A stretch of 64,000 nt of DNA from a virus. This document shows positions 47,072 to 56,066 of this stretch, in pieces. The translations under genes were made by a program, and so were the position numbers. Location: IMG/VR virus record IMGVR_UViG_3300013137_000011, positions 14,803-78,802 of that record; one strand, 5' to 3'. Position 1 is the first letter of the stretch, and each line of letters starts with the position of its first letter. The notes beneath the pieces are model-generated. The model worked only from the letters and a program-made list of their open reading frames with translations. It had not been told where the DNA came from and ran no database searches.

Positions 47072-47510
47072 GTTCTTTCAATTCTCTTTGCATTTTAGGA
47101 GTAAGAAAGAGTATTAAAGACTTTTTAACAACAATTCCTACTGTTGTTAGAAGACAACTAAAATCTCTCCAAAGATCATTAGTCGAATCAAGAAACTTAT
47201 CTCTAATAGATTTCTTTTCTTCTATTGTAATAAACCAACCCTTATCACTTGAATTACTACCAACAGGAACACCATCCCTATTAGATTTAAGAACACTATC
47301 AAGAAAGTTAAGAAAATACTTTTGCGTTCTTACCTTAATCCAAGTTTCAACATTATTATTAAGTTCTTCGTCAATTTCACCATCTTTTGCAATAAAACTA
47401 TCAGTCATTCCGTTTTTTACAATTTTCTTTTGTGTTGAGATTATTTTGCCATCTTTCCAAAAAGTCAATATCTGAATAGTTTTTTCCCAAATATTATCAT
47501 ACTCTTTCAT
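47037..47510 (-). CDS. hypothetical protein in the head-tail module
   Basis: ORF; start ATG 47510 follows the upstream stop. Confidence 0.5.
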   Translation of the reverse strand: MKEYDNIWEKTIQILTFWKDGKIISTQKKIVKNGMTDSFIAKDGEIDEELNNNVETWIKVRTQKYFLNFLDSVLKSNRDGVPVGSNSSDKGWFITIEEKKSIRDKFLDSTNDLWRDFSCLLTTVGIVVKKSLILFLTPKMQRELKEHDSENINSDKS

Positions 47511-47511
47511 A

Positions 47512-47967
47512 TTAATTAGTTGACCTTTCTTTAATATTAAACAAAGCAGCAAATAAATATGGATCGTTATCTCCTACATTAAAACCTGGTTGAATTTTAT
47601 GAAGTATATATCTTTCATCATTATAGATCAATTCTGTGGTATTTTTAAAGTCTTCAAAATCATCGTATTTACCAACTATTAACAAATCTCCTTCAAGTTT
47701 TAATCCAAGTCTGGTGAATATCTTTTCTTCAAATGGATTTGTTACTGTATTTCTGCTTAATGATGCTACATATCTTGCAAGTACACGTTTTGATTTTAGG
47801 GTTTCTGTTTCAGAGAATCCACTATTAAATGGATTTGAGTCTTGAACAGTATCTGTAGTTCTAGTAGAAACTAATATCGAAACGTCTTGACCATCACCCA
47901 ACTTTCTTATGAAAGTAGATTTTATTCCTTTATGTACCTGCGAAGTTATAAATCCTCTTGTTATCAT
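47512..47967 (-). CDS. head closure / head-tail joining protein
   Basis: Position; GLKLEGD...ERY. Confidence 0.6.
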   Translation of the reverse strand: MITRGFITSQVHKGIKSTFIRKLGDGQDVSILVSTRTTDTVQDSNPFNSGFSETETLKSKRVLARYVASLSRNTVTNPFEEKIFTRLGLKLEGDLLIVGKYDDFEDFKNTTELIYNDERYILHKIQPGFNVGDNDPYLFAALFNIKERSTN

Positions 47968-47974
47968 TTTATCC

Positions 47975-48433
47975 TCAGTACTTGGTATCTAATCCAATCG
48001 ACCCAAGACTAGGTTTATCATAAACATCGTGAATACTTGCCATATGATCTGCCAAATCACTCTCAAGTTCCCTAATAATTTCTTTTCTATTCTTAGCAAG
48101 ATCACGAGTATCTATAGTTCCAGAAATATCTTGATTATATACGCTATTATTCTGATCTTCAAAACGCTGAGATTTAGATATAGCCATTTGAGTTGCTATA
48201 GATAAAGTTTGCAAATAATTATCGATATTTATATCTCCAGAAACTTCTACATTGAATCCACTATCTTCACTAACATACCATCCTTCACATGTTTCTGGAT
48301 ATAAATCTCTTAAAATTCTGACACCCTGGAAAATCTTATTTCCAAGAAATGAAGCACTATAAGTATAAGGTTCAGTAGTATCTGCTATATCCTCTCTTAC
48401 TCTAGTGACAATATCAGAATAACTAATCGCCAT
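47975..48433 (-). CDS. head-tail adaptor protein
   Basis: IVTRVREDIAD...YS helical N-terminus; position. Confidence 0.6.
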   Translation of the reverse strand: MAISYSDIVTRVREDIADTTEPYTYSASFLGNKIFQGVRILRDLYPETCEGWYVSEDSGFNVEVSGDINIDNYLQTLSIATQMAISKSQRFEDQNNSVYNQDISGTIDTRDLAKNRKEIIRELESDLADHMASIHDVYDKPSLGSIGLDTKY

Positions 48434-48825
48434 TACTTGCCTGCCCTATTCTTTCCAATCTTAGCCATTCTATCGTACTCTGCCTTAACAGCAAGTCTCG
48501 CATTTTGATTAGCAGGAATAACTTTATAATCTCTAATAAGTTCATTCTTGAGAAACTTTCTTCTTTGAATACTATCCATTTGTCCTCTTCTAATCAGATC
48601 AACAAGATCAAAACTTTCTCCTGCCTCAATCATTTCCTTGTGAAGTCCAGAAAGATTAAGTTTAGCATCTCCAAACTTAATCTTAGTTGCTTTAGGATTT
48701 TGCTGGATACCTCCACACCATACAAAAAGTTCACTAGTATCATCAACTGTTACGGTGTGTTCAAGTTTCTGTGCGGCAAGTTCAATGGAGAGCGGAGCGT
48801 CAATTATTTTTTGTGCAGTAGCCAT
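48433..48825 (-). CDS. hypothetical protein after the capsid gene (start ATG 48825 or GTG 48900)
   Basis: GGAAGG RBS before MATAQK. Confidence 0.6.
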   Translation of the reverse strand: MATAQKIIDAPLSIELAAQKLEHTVTVDDTSELFVWCGGIQQNPKATKIKFGDAKLNLSGLHKEMIEAGESFDLVDLIRRGQMDSIQRRKFLKNELIRDYKVIPANQNARLAVKAEYDRMAKIGKNRAGK

Positions 48826-48990
48826 TTTATTATTCCTTCCTTCTTCTAAATAATTATTATCTAAGTCCTCTAGAATATCCTCGAACTCTTCTATATCCAC
48901 GATTAAAACTTGTTCTCCTTCTATGATTAGAAACTAGATTTGCTTTTCTATTTGAAGATTTTTTTAGAGACAATCTTTTTTTCATAGTTG

Positions 48991-49021
48991 TGCGGGATTT
49001 TTGTGTTGGAGAAACCCCGCA
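48991..49021 (-). promoter_or_regulatory. hairpin after the major capsid gene
   Basis: tgcggggttt/aaatcccgca stem; no U-tract on the sense strand. Confidence 0.55.
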
Positions 49022-49033
49022 AAACCATAAGAC

Positions 49034-50071
49034 TTAACCTGATGCGTTGATCTTGTATCTGAAGAGAGTCTTGTCGGCAGCAACGATGCCAAGACTAACC
49101 TTCATCACAAAATGCCATCCACGCAGAAGTTCTCTCATATCCTCCCAATCATAAACACTAATTCCGCCCTTCTGAGCGAACTTAATGCCTCCAATTTGGA
49201 AGTTAGTTCCAACCAGGAACATATTATAAGGAGCCGTAATGGGAAGAAGAACCGTGCCCTTATCGTTCTTGAGAGCAACTCCATCCTCGTCCTGGGGTTG
49301 AATCAGTTCAACGAACGGAATTGCACGATACGATTCAAGCATACCCTGCGTTTCATAAATCTTGGTAAGAGTGTCGATAGAATATCCATAATCGAATCCG
49401 GTAACTGGAGTGAAACTGGACTGAGGACCAAGGATACCTGCAGGACGCTTGCCAATGATCGGCCACAGATAGTCAATACCAGAATCAAAACTGGTCTTCG
49501 AAATCTCCGAAGTAGTTTCGTTGGTATTAGCCGAACCATCAGTAACAGAAGTAACGCACAGATTATAAAGATATCCAAGAAGTTGAGACATGAGGGCCTG
49601 CGTAGACCATGCGGCAACCATATCAGGCGACGGACCCTTGCCATTTTCGAGATCCTTAATCCTAAGAGTCGGGAAACAATGAATCTCGAAGTCAGGGAAC
49701 TCAGTCCGAGTCATAGTAATCTTGGTTTCGGTAGGCGAAACGCCGTCCGCAAGAATCCAAGCCCTAAGACCAGGAGTAGTATCCCACTTGACCTGCTCAT
49801 CCCATCCAAGACCTTCCTGGACATCAGCAATCTGGGGAATAGGATTAACGTAAGGGAGGTGCGTTTCGACCATCTTTACGATATCCGATCCCATCGCAAG
49901 CCACTCACCATGCCTATCATTTCTGGCGGCAAAGGCGATTTTCTTGAGTTGTTCCTGTTTCTCATCGTCAGTAAAATTTCTCTGCTCAGAGATATTCTTG
50001 GCGAGAGCAAGAACCCTTTTATCAGTAATAGTATCGAACTTAGTTGCTCTGGTAGGTTTAAGTTTGAACAT
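49034..50071 (-). CDS. major capsid protein (HK97 fold, inferred)
   Basis: 345 aa after scaffold and decoration genes; AAAGGAGGTG RBS; strongest codon bias in the window. Confidence 0.8.
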   Translation of the reverse strand: MFKLKPTRATKFDTITDKRVLALAKNISEQRNFTDDEKQEQLKKIAFAARNDRHGEWLAMGSDIVKMVETHLPYVNPIPQIADVQEGLGWDEQVKWDTTPGLRAWILADGVSPTETKITMTRTEFPDFEIHCFPTLRIKDLENGKGPSPDMVAAWSTQALMSQLLGYLYNLCVTSVTDGSANTNETTSEISKTSFDSGIDYLWPIIGKRPAGILGPQSSFTPVTGFDYGYSIDTLTKIYETQGMLESYRAIPFVELIQPQDEDGVALKNDKGTVLLPITAPYNMFLVGTNFQIGGIKFAQKGGISVYDWEDMRELLRGWHFVMKVSLGIVAADKTLFRYKINASG

Positions 50072-50086
50072 TACACACCTCCTTTC

Positions 50087-50635
50087 TTAGGATTGTGTGG
50101 ATCGTTTATCAACGATCCAGGTTAGTTTGTTGTTATCATTAGCGGGAACAACCTTGACATATCCAGGAGAGAAATCTCCAGCGGTAGGAGAATCATCCTG
50201 TTCAAGTTTGCCTGCATTAACGAAAAGTCTTCCTCCTGCAGTAAAGGAAGAAGTCGATACATAACCATCGGTATCAACGGTATACTCTGCTCCATCAAGG
50301 AGTTCATGTCCGATATGCATACCGAGCATCTCGTTGGTAGTATCAAAATCAAATCCAGTATGCGGAGGAACAGCAAGACCAGTAAGACCAAACGGGGCTC
50401 CGAAATAAGTCTCGGGAATCATCCCACCATATCTCCGGTGATGCGGAATCTCAAGAATCCTAAGTCCAGTATTTGTTCTGGCACTAGCCTTCTGATAATA
50501 AACTTCTCCACTAACAACTACGGGCTCAAGAATCATACCGTCTTTTACCGTTAGAGGTACAGAAGCCGAAGATCCTGCAACATAAATCTTGCAATTTCTT
50601 GCCGAACCCATAATACGATGTCTGATTTTAAGCAT
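50087..50635 (-). CDS. capsid decoration / cement protein
   Basis: Between scaffold and capsid; YTVDTD...FTAGGRLFV..GKL beta-tulip-like pattern. Confidence 0.65.
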   Translation of the reverse strand: MLKIRHRIMGSARNCKIYVAGSSASVPLTVKDGMILEPVVVSGEVYYQKASARTNTGLRILEIPHHRRYGGMIPETYFGAPFGLTGLAVPPHTGFDFDTTNEMLGMHIGHELLDGAEYTVDTDGYVSTSSFTAGGRLFVNAGKLEQDDSPTAGDFSPGYVKVVPANDNNKLTWIVDKRSTQS

Positions 50636-50671
50636 CTAGTTTTAGCCTCCTTTCTTAAAAATTTTAATCAT

Positions 50672-51835
50672 TTAATGCTTGATCTTAGGAACGATAAAGA
50701 ACTTCTCATCAAGACCTTTAACTTGATAAGCATCCTTCGGCTTCGCATCCGAATCAAGCTCATAAGGTTTAGGAACCTTAGAAGCCTGAGCTGGATTCGC
50801 AGTAGCAACCTTGTCTTTATCATTGTTGGTAGTATCTTTTGCTTTAGCAGCCTCATCAATAGCTTGCTGTCTCTCTGCCTGAGCCTTAGCAAGATCAGAG
50901 ATATAAGCCTCAGAATCCTCTGCAGACCAACGTTTGAATCTTGCTTCGAGATCCTTCTTTTTCTCGTCATCAAACGTAAGACCCTGCTTTGTGGCGGATT
51001 CGAAATGACTGTTGACTCTCTTCTCAAGTTCAACAGCAGTTCTATATCCCTCAAACTCAGACTTAACAGAATCATGCTTCTTGATATGATCCTGAATCTC
51101 CGCATCCTTACCATTCAGCATCTTCTCAAGTTCAGTAATCCTCTTAACATGACCATCAATCTCGGTTTTGAGAGCGGCCATAGCAAGAACAGCATCATGT
51201 TCCTTATTCTTGTCGTTTTCTTCAGCCATTTTAACACTCCTTTCTTTAAGATTTTTGTTCGCTAACGCTAACGCCTTTACTCCAGGAAATCCTGGATCAA
51301 GGTTTAATAATATACCAACACCCTGAAAAGTAAGTTTTTTGAGTTTCCTGCCAACTTCGCCAAACTTCTTATCAGGGTGTTTATCTCCAAGATGTGAATA
51401 AAATTTACTATATGAACTATTTGCTCCCATATCTTCTCCACATTCCATGCAATACGCATGTTTAAATGATGTTTCGAAAGATACCGGAAGACCTCCTTTT
51501 GAATTAATTTTATTCTCTATCTTTTTAATTTTTTCAGGATATTTAATTGAAGAAATCTTGACCTTAACTGTTGGCTTATCTGTAGAGCAATCAAGGGGCT
51601 CAGATATAGCACCAACATTATCACTAAAATTATGATCAATATTAGCAAGAGTTGCTACTACAGATTCTTTTGCAATTTCTACTTCAGACCTCTCAACATA
51701 ATCAAGATTTTCACTAATAGTATCACACTTACAAAAGTCTGCTTTTAAAATCCTAAAATCCTTATCATCACTTGCAATTGCGAGTCCTATTTCGGAATTT
51801 ACCGATCCAGATATTTTTGCATTTTCAATTTCCAT
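50672..51835 (-). CDS. prohead protease - scaffold fusion with an internal in-frame start at 51229
   Basis: NIDH and VSFE catalytic-type motifs; CxxC insert; coiled-coil C-terminal half; AAAGGAG before the internal ATG. Confidence 0.75.
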   Translation of the reverse strand: MEIENAKISGSVNSEIGLAIASDDKDFRILKADFCKCDTISENLDYVERSEVEIAKESVVATLANIDHNFSDNVGAISEPLDCSTDKPTVKVKISSIKYPEKIKKIENKINSKGGLPVSFETSFKHAYCMECGEDMGANSSYSKFYSHLGDKHPDKKFGEVGRKLKKLTFQGVGILLNLDPGFPGVKALALANKNLKERSVKMAEENDKNKEHDAVLAMAALKTEIDGHVKRITELEKMLNGKDAEIQDHIKKHDSVKSEFEGYRTAVELEKRVNSHFESATKQGLTFDDEKKKDLEARFKRWSAEDSEAYISDLAKAQAERQQAIDEAAKAKDTTNNDKDKVATANPAQASKVPKPYELDSDAKPKDAYQVKGLDEKFFIVPKIKH

Positions 51836-51863
51836 TTGAAATATCCTCCATTGACAAGAAAAA

Positions 51864-51933
51864 TCCCTAGTCTAAAACTGATTTTTGTGTTTCTAAGCCT
51901 AGAGGAACCCAAAACCTGTTTTAAAACTAGGGA
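51864..51933 (-). promoter_or_regulatory. long hairpin in the leader of the capsid module
   Basis: tccctagttttaaaac ... gttttagactaggga. Confidence 0.55.
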
Positions 51934-52012
51934 ACCCACGTTGGGGGTGCTACACGAGCGAAGAGGAAGAACCCTTTAGGGACATTCTTCTAGTAATATT
52001 ATACTACAGGTG

Positions 52013-53443
52013 TCAACCCCTCTTATTTTGCTTCTTCCTATTATTCTTGGCTCCTTTTTCATTATCATCATCTTTTGAATCACTATTTGGATTATCTTTA
52101 TTCTCATTTCTATTTGAAAGTAATTCAATTAACCATGGATATTTCTTCATTTCTCTTTCACACTTTCTCATCTGATCATCGAAATTAAGACCTCTTCTTT
52201 CAACGAAATCAGTAAGAGAAATTCCACCTTCTTGTCTCATGGCTCTATCCATATCAAATATCATATTTTCTTCATTCCATGCAACTGGAGAGAATTGAAC
52301 TTTAGGAACCTTTTCCATATCCATATTATTCTTCTTTGCTATTATCAAGAACAATGAATTAAAATATTCTTCGACTGGTTCTTGGAAGAAAGTCTCGACC
52401 ATTCCAGATAAAGCAATAGAATCTAATATATCGTTTCCGAAGAACTGTTTTCCCATGGCCTGATCTAATCTTTTACTAATAGGATCATATATAGGAGCAG
52501 AATTTAAAATAGTAGGATCCATTGTAACAAACTTTGCAATAACATCATTAGTTGTTCCCACCGCACGATTCTTTCCGCTACCTTTAAATAAATCTACAAT
52601 TGCGTTTAGTTGTTTTTGAGTCAGTCTCTTAGTTCTAAGTCCACTACCCTTTTCTGATCTAGATGTATCAACAATAATATGAAGAACAAATGCGATAAAT
52701 GAGCATAGAACATTCCATATACTTTGATCTACCTCATTTTTTAAAGATGCAGATGTTATCATTGAATAAAATGGTGGTATTGCAAATACAGATTCATCAG
52801 ATTTAGGTATAAATACATGATCTAAATCCTCTTGATTAAGAGAACCATCATAAAGAGGATTGTCCTTATTTCCTAATGATGCTCTCTTAATACTGAACTT
52901 TGGAAAACCATTAACAATAGAATAATCTATAGAAGTGACAGGAAGAATATCTATTTCTATAGGTAAATTAAATCTATATTTTCCAGTCCAACTTTCTCCC
53001 CATTTGGTAATATATGGAAAAGCATTTCCAGATTTTATTAGATTTATTCCAATTGATTGTGCAATCTGCACTAATGTAGTTCGTTTTGGAACTCTTGTTA
53101 AATCAAAATTAAGAGTTTTGATACTCTCCCAAAAATTCATATCTTCTTCATTTAAATCTTCTCCAATAATATTCATATTTCTATATAGAACTGCTACAAT
53201 ATGTTTTATTGCAGAAGATACAACTTCATTTACATCATATGCCGCTATTGTCTCATTTACCAAATCCCATACATTCTTCTTCTTTGCACGATCATATTTA
53301 GTTTCCATGAAACTAGGAGTTACTAATGGATTAATTTCCGAATTAGAACCAGATCCATATAAAGCGGAATCTCTAGTTCCAGTAGATGCAATTGCAATTA
53401 CTGTTTTAGGTTCTCTTTTATTTGTTTTATTTTCGTCTTTCAT
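52013..53443 (-). CDS. portal protein
   Basis: 476 aa before the protease; VVSSAI, LIKSGNAFPY, FAIPP, GGISL. Confidence 0.75.
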   Translation of the reverse strand: MKDENKTNKREPKTVIAIASTGTRDSALYGSGSNSEINPLVTPSFMETKYDRAKKKNVWDLVNETIAAYDVNEVVSSAIKHIVAVLYRNMNIIGEDLNEEDMNFWESIKTLNFDLTRVPKRTTLVQIAQSIGINLIKSGNAFPYITKWGESWTGKYRFNLPIEIDILPVTSIDYSIVNGFPKFSIKRASLGNKDNPLYDGSLNQEDLDHVFIPKSDESVFAIPPFYSMITSASLKNEVDQSIWNVLCSFIAFVLHIIVDTSRSEKGSGLRTKRLTQKQLNAIVDLFKGSGKNRAVGTTNDVIAKFVTMDPTILNSAPIYDPISKRLDQAMGKQFFGNDILDSIALSGMVETFFQEPVEEYFNSLFLIIAKKNNMDMEKVPKVQFSPVAWNEENMIFDMDRAMRQEGGISLTDFVERRGLNFDDQMRKCEREMKKYPWLIELLSNRNENKDNPNSDSKDDDNEKGAKNNRKKQNKRG

Positions 53444-53453
53444 CTAATACCTC

Positions 53454-54722
53454 CTATTTTATAGATGGAAATCCATTTTCTCTACAGACCTTATCGAAAA
53501 AGTCTATCCATTGTGGCATGATAATATTATCGTAATCAAACCTATTTAAAATATCTTGTCTTCCAAGTTTTCCAATTTCATCTACTTTTTCTCTATTATT
53601 ATACAAATAATTGAGCCTATCAACTAATACATCTAAATTTGTTCCAAACCTTACAAGATTATTAGGATGTGCAATATAAGAACTTCCGACAGGCAACCGT
53701 TCAATTTCATGAACAGTTAATTCTGTACAAGCAGTACAATCCGTAACAAGAATAGGCTTTCCAACTGCATGATAATGAATAATAGGCAATCCAAATCCTT
53801 CTCCCTCAGTAAGAAGAACACCAACATCTGAAATACCATACAACATATTCATATCTGCGTCTGGACATCCAATCATAGGAGAAGAATTAATAACAATATC
53901 ATCAACTCCAACCTGTTCAATAAGATGAATAAGATCATGTGCCCCAATATCGGAATGATTTCTTGGAAGTGTTAAGTGTGTATGTAGGGCTAGGGCAACA
54001 TCATCCTTACCTTGTGCGAACTTTGCAAAAGCAACAATTAAATCCTCATTTCTTTTTCTATGTTGATTTGTAGCAACCATTTGAACAATAAAACTATTTA
54101 AATATTTATTAATCTTCTCATTAGGAATCATTTGCTTTCTTGCATCATATTTATTCATTGGATAGTATGTATTAGGATCTATTCCATGATAAATATTAGC
54201 ACTACAATCAATTCCATGTGATGCTAAAACTCTATTTGTCCATCCAGAATATGTTACTCTATAATCAACTCTACCAAGAACTTCTTTAAAACCCTTTGGA
54301 AGAAGATCATTAATACAGAATCCATCAATAGGAAAATATCCAATATGCTTAAATTTTCTAGTTTTAGGATCCATTAAATCAAATAAATACTTCTTTATTT
54401 CTCCAGTTCTTACATGAAGTTCAGGATGTGTAATTACATCCATCCAACCAACATCAAGATTACTAAATAAGAAGTCTGGGTTAACTTCTGATACGGCCCT
54501 TGCCAGAAATCCATTACCCCTTGGAAATGGATCTCCCATAGTAGGGAGAACCCTAAATGGATAGTTTACTGTATCTTCATGCCAAGAATCATATCCAACT
54601 CCAAGAAGAGTAATATCAAATTTTCCAGTCTTCCATAACCTTTTCATAGGCTCTCTCAAGGCAATTGCCAATCCTGTACTACCCCAATCACCCCATGCAA
54701 GAATCTTAACTTTGTTTTTCAT
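53454..54722 (-). CDS. glycosyltransferase family 4 (GT-B)
   Basis: STGLA, YFPID, IYHGID, NQHRKR, EGFGLP. Confidence 0.9.
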   Translation of the reverse strand: MKNKVKILAWGDWGSTGLAIALREPMKRLWKTGKFDITLLGVGYDSWHEDTVNYPFRVLPTMGDPFPRGNGFLARAVSEVNPDFLFSNLDVGWMDVITHPELHVRTGEIKKYLFDLMDPKTRKFKHIGYFPIDGFCINDLLPKGFKEVLGRVDYRVTYSGWTNRVLASHGIDCSANIYHGIDPNTYYPMNKYDARKQMIPNEKINKYLNSFIVQMVATNQHRKRNEDLIVAFAKFAQGKDDVALALHTHLTLPRNHSDIGAHDLIHLIEQVGVDDIVINSSPMIGCPDADMNMLYGISDVGVLLTEGEGFGLPIIHYHAVGKPILVTDCTACTELTVHEIERLPVGSSYIAHPNNLVRFGTNLDVLVDRLNYLYNNREKVDEIGKLGRQDILNRFDYDNIIMPQWIDFFDKVCRENGFPSIK

Positions 54723-54970
54723 TTTGCACCACTCTCTTTATTATATTTTATTTTAAATAATCTATTTAACATCCATGAAATATACTTAGACCATCCAGGT
54801 TTTGTAAATATATCTCCATTAAAAAATATCCACATCTTATTCTTAGGAAGATATTCTGTTTCAAATATATTTAATCTATATGTTAAAGTCCACTTGAAAC
54901 TTTCTTGTTCTAACTGCATCTTTAAATCATTAACTATAGAATTAATTTTATCTATTATCATTATATCCAT
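54719..54970 (-). CDS. hypothetical protein
   Basis: Tightly packed ORF. Confidence 0.5.
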   Translation of the reverse strand: MDIMIIDKINSIVNDLKMQLEQESFKWTLTYRLNIFETEYLPKNKMWIFFNGDIFTKPGWSKYISWMLNRLFKIKYNKESGAK

Positions 54971-55666
54971 TTATTTAACTTTCTCAAAAAATAATATAGT
55001 TTTGTGATTACAGTTATACACATTACTCCTATTAGAACTGTTCTTGCCGCCATCTTGATATCCCCATATTCTGTCACCACGAAAAACTATATTATCAAAT
55101 TTTCTAAGTTTAGCCATAACATCATAAGTTAGTGGAAGAATATCTCCACGAGAAGTAGTTACGATATTCTGAGAAACGAAAACAACTTGTCCACCAACCT
55201 GAAGACATTTTTCAATGATGTTCATATAGAATGTAACTATCTTGTCAATAAAGTCAAGATACTCATCTACATTAAACATTAGTTTGGTATCTTTTCCAAA
55301 ATTAGGAATATCACAATACATAAGTCTAGCCGTCCCACAGCATTTTTCAAATATCTCACTAGACTCTATTGCTTTTTTTGAATCATTTAATTCCATTTCA
55401 ATAAGTTGCTTATCTTTGGAATAGATTATTTTATTTTCAGAAACAAGATATCCAACAATATCTCTCCCTGACGAGAGACACCCATACGGATAATTCTTAG
55501 AAAATAAGTTAGGTATTACGATAGTTTCGTGAGGTCTGGTGAAGAACCCTACTATTGCATCGAATACACGATTTTTATCACGCTTGTCTTTCACTAGAAA
55601 GAAACTCTTCTTAATATCAAACGCAATTTCTATTTGACTATCTATAGGATGTCTCTCGTCAGTCAT
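54971..55666 (-). CDS. degenerate DNA-methyltransferase-like protein
   Basis: FFTRPHETIV, YCDIPNF and KCLQVGG resemble an MTase, but FxGxG and DPPY are not intact. Confidence 0.5.
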   Translation of the reverse strand: MTDERHPIDSQIEIAFDIKKSFFLVKDKRDKNRVFDAIVGFFTRPHETIVIPNLFSKNYPYGCLSSGRDIVGYLVSENKIIYSKDKQLIEMELNDSKKAIESSEIFEKCCGTARLMYCDIPNFGKDTKLMFNVDEYLDFIDKIVTFYMNIIEKCLQVGGQVVFVSQNIVTTSRGDILPLTYDVMAKLRKFDNIVFRGDRIWGYQDGGKNSSNRSNVYNCNHKTILFFEKVK

Positions 55667-55672
55667 TTTATC

Positions 55673-56059
55673 TTACTCCTCTTCCTGATTTTTCTTTGTC
55701 TTACGGGTCCTCTTTTGATATCCTCCGGTAAGAAGTTCCATAAGAGAAGTATCGAAGAACGAATTAAACTTCTTAAATCTGAGTCTCTTGCCCTCAGAAA
55801 TCATAATCTTCTCTCCGCTACTAGGATTTCTTCCAGTACGTTCCTTAGTTCTAACAATCTTCAACTTACCAATACCTTCAAGAACTACTTCTTTGCTAGA
55901 CTTGAGAGATACTTCCATGAAATAAAGAAGATTCTCGATTTGTTCGGTAGCAGATTTAAGAGTCTGACCAGTCAAATCTACCATCGCTTGAGCCAGTTCC
56001 TTCTTACCGATTTTGTTCGCAGACGATACCTTTCTCTTGTTGTTAGTTTCTTCCGACAT
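55673..56059 (-). CDS. HU/IHF family DNA-binding protein
   Basis: KKELA...VVLEGIGKL...RTGRNPSSGEKI.I...RFK. Confidence 0.92.
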   Translation of the reverse strand: MSEETNNKRKVSSANKIGKKELAQAMVDLTGQTLKSATEQIENLLYFMEVSLKSSKEVVLEGIGKLKIVRTKERTGRNPSSGEKIMISEGKRLRFKKFNSFFDTSLMELLTGGYQKRTRKTKKNQEEE

Positions 56060-56066
56060 ACATTTA

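Noticed and set aside
49112-50125. 337-aa ORF antisense to the major capsid gene (also 50618-51265, 44887-45429, 55634-56095)
   Set aside because: Shadow frames expected from strong codon bias in highly expressed genes; no RBS and implausible composition.
51851-51879. Antisense promoter starting with TTGACA on the + strand
   Set aside because: The -10 region (AAAACT/TAAAAC) is weak and there is no supporting downstream feature.
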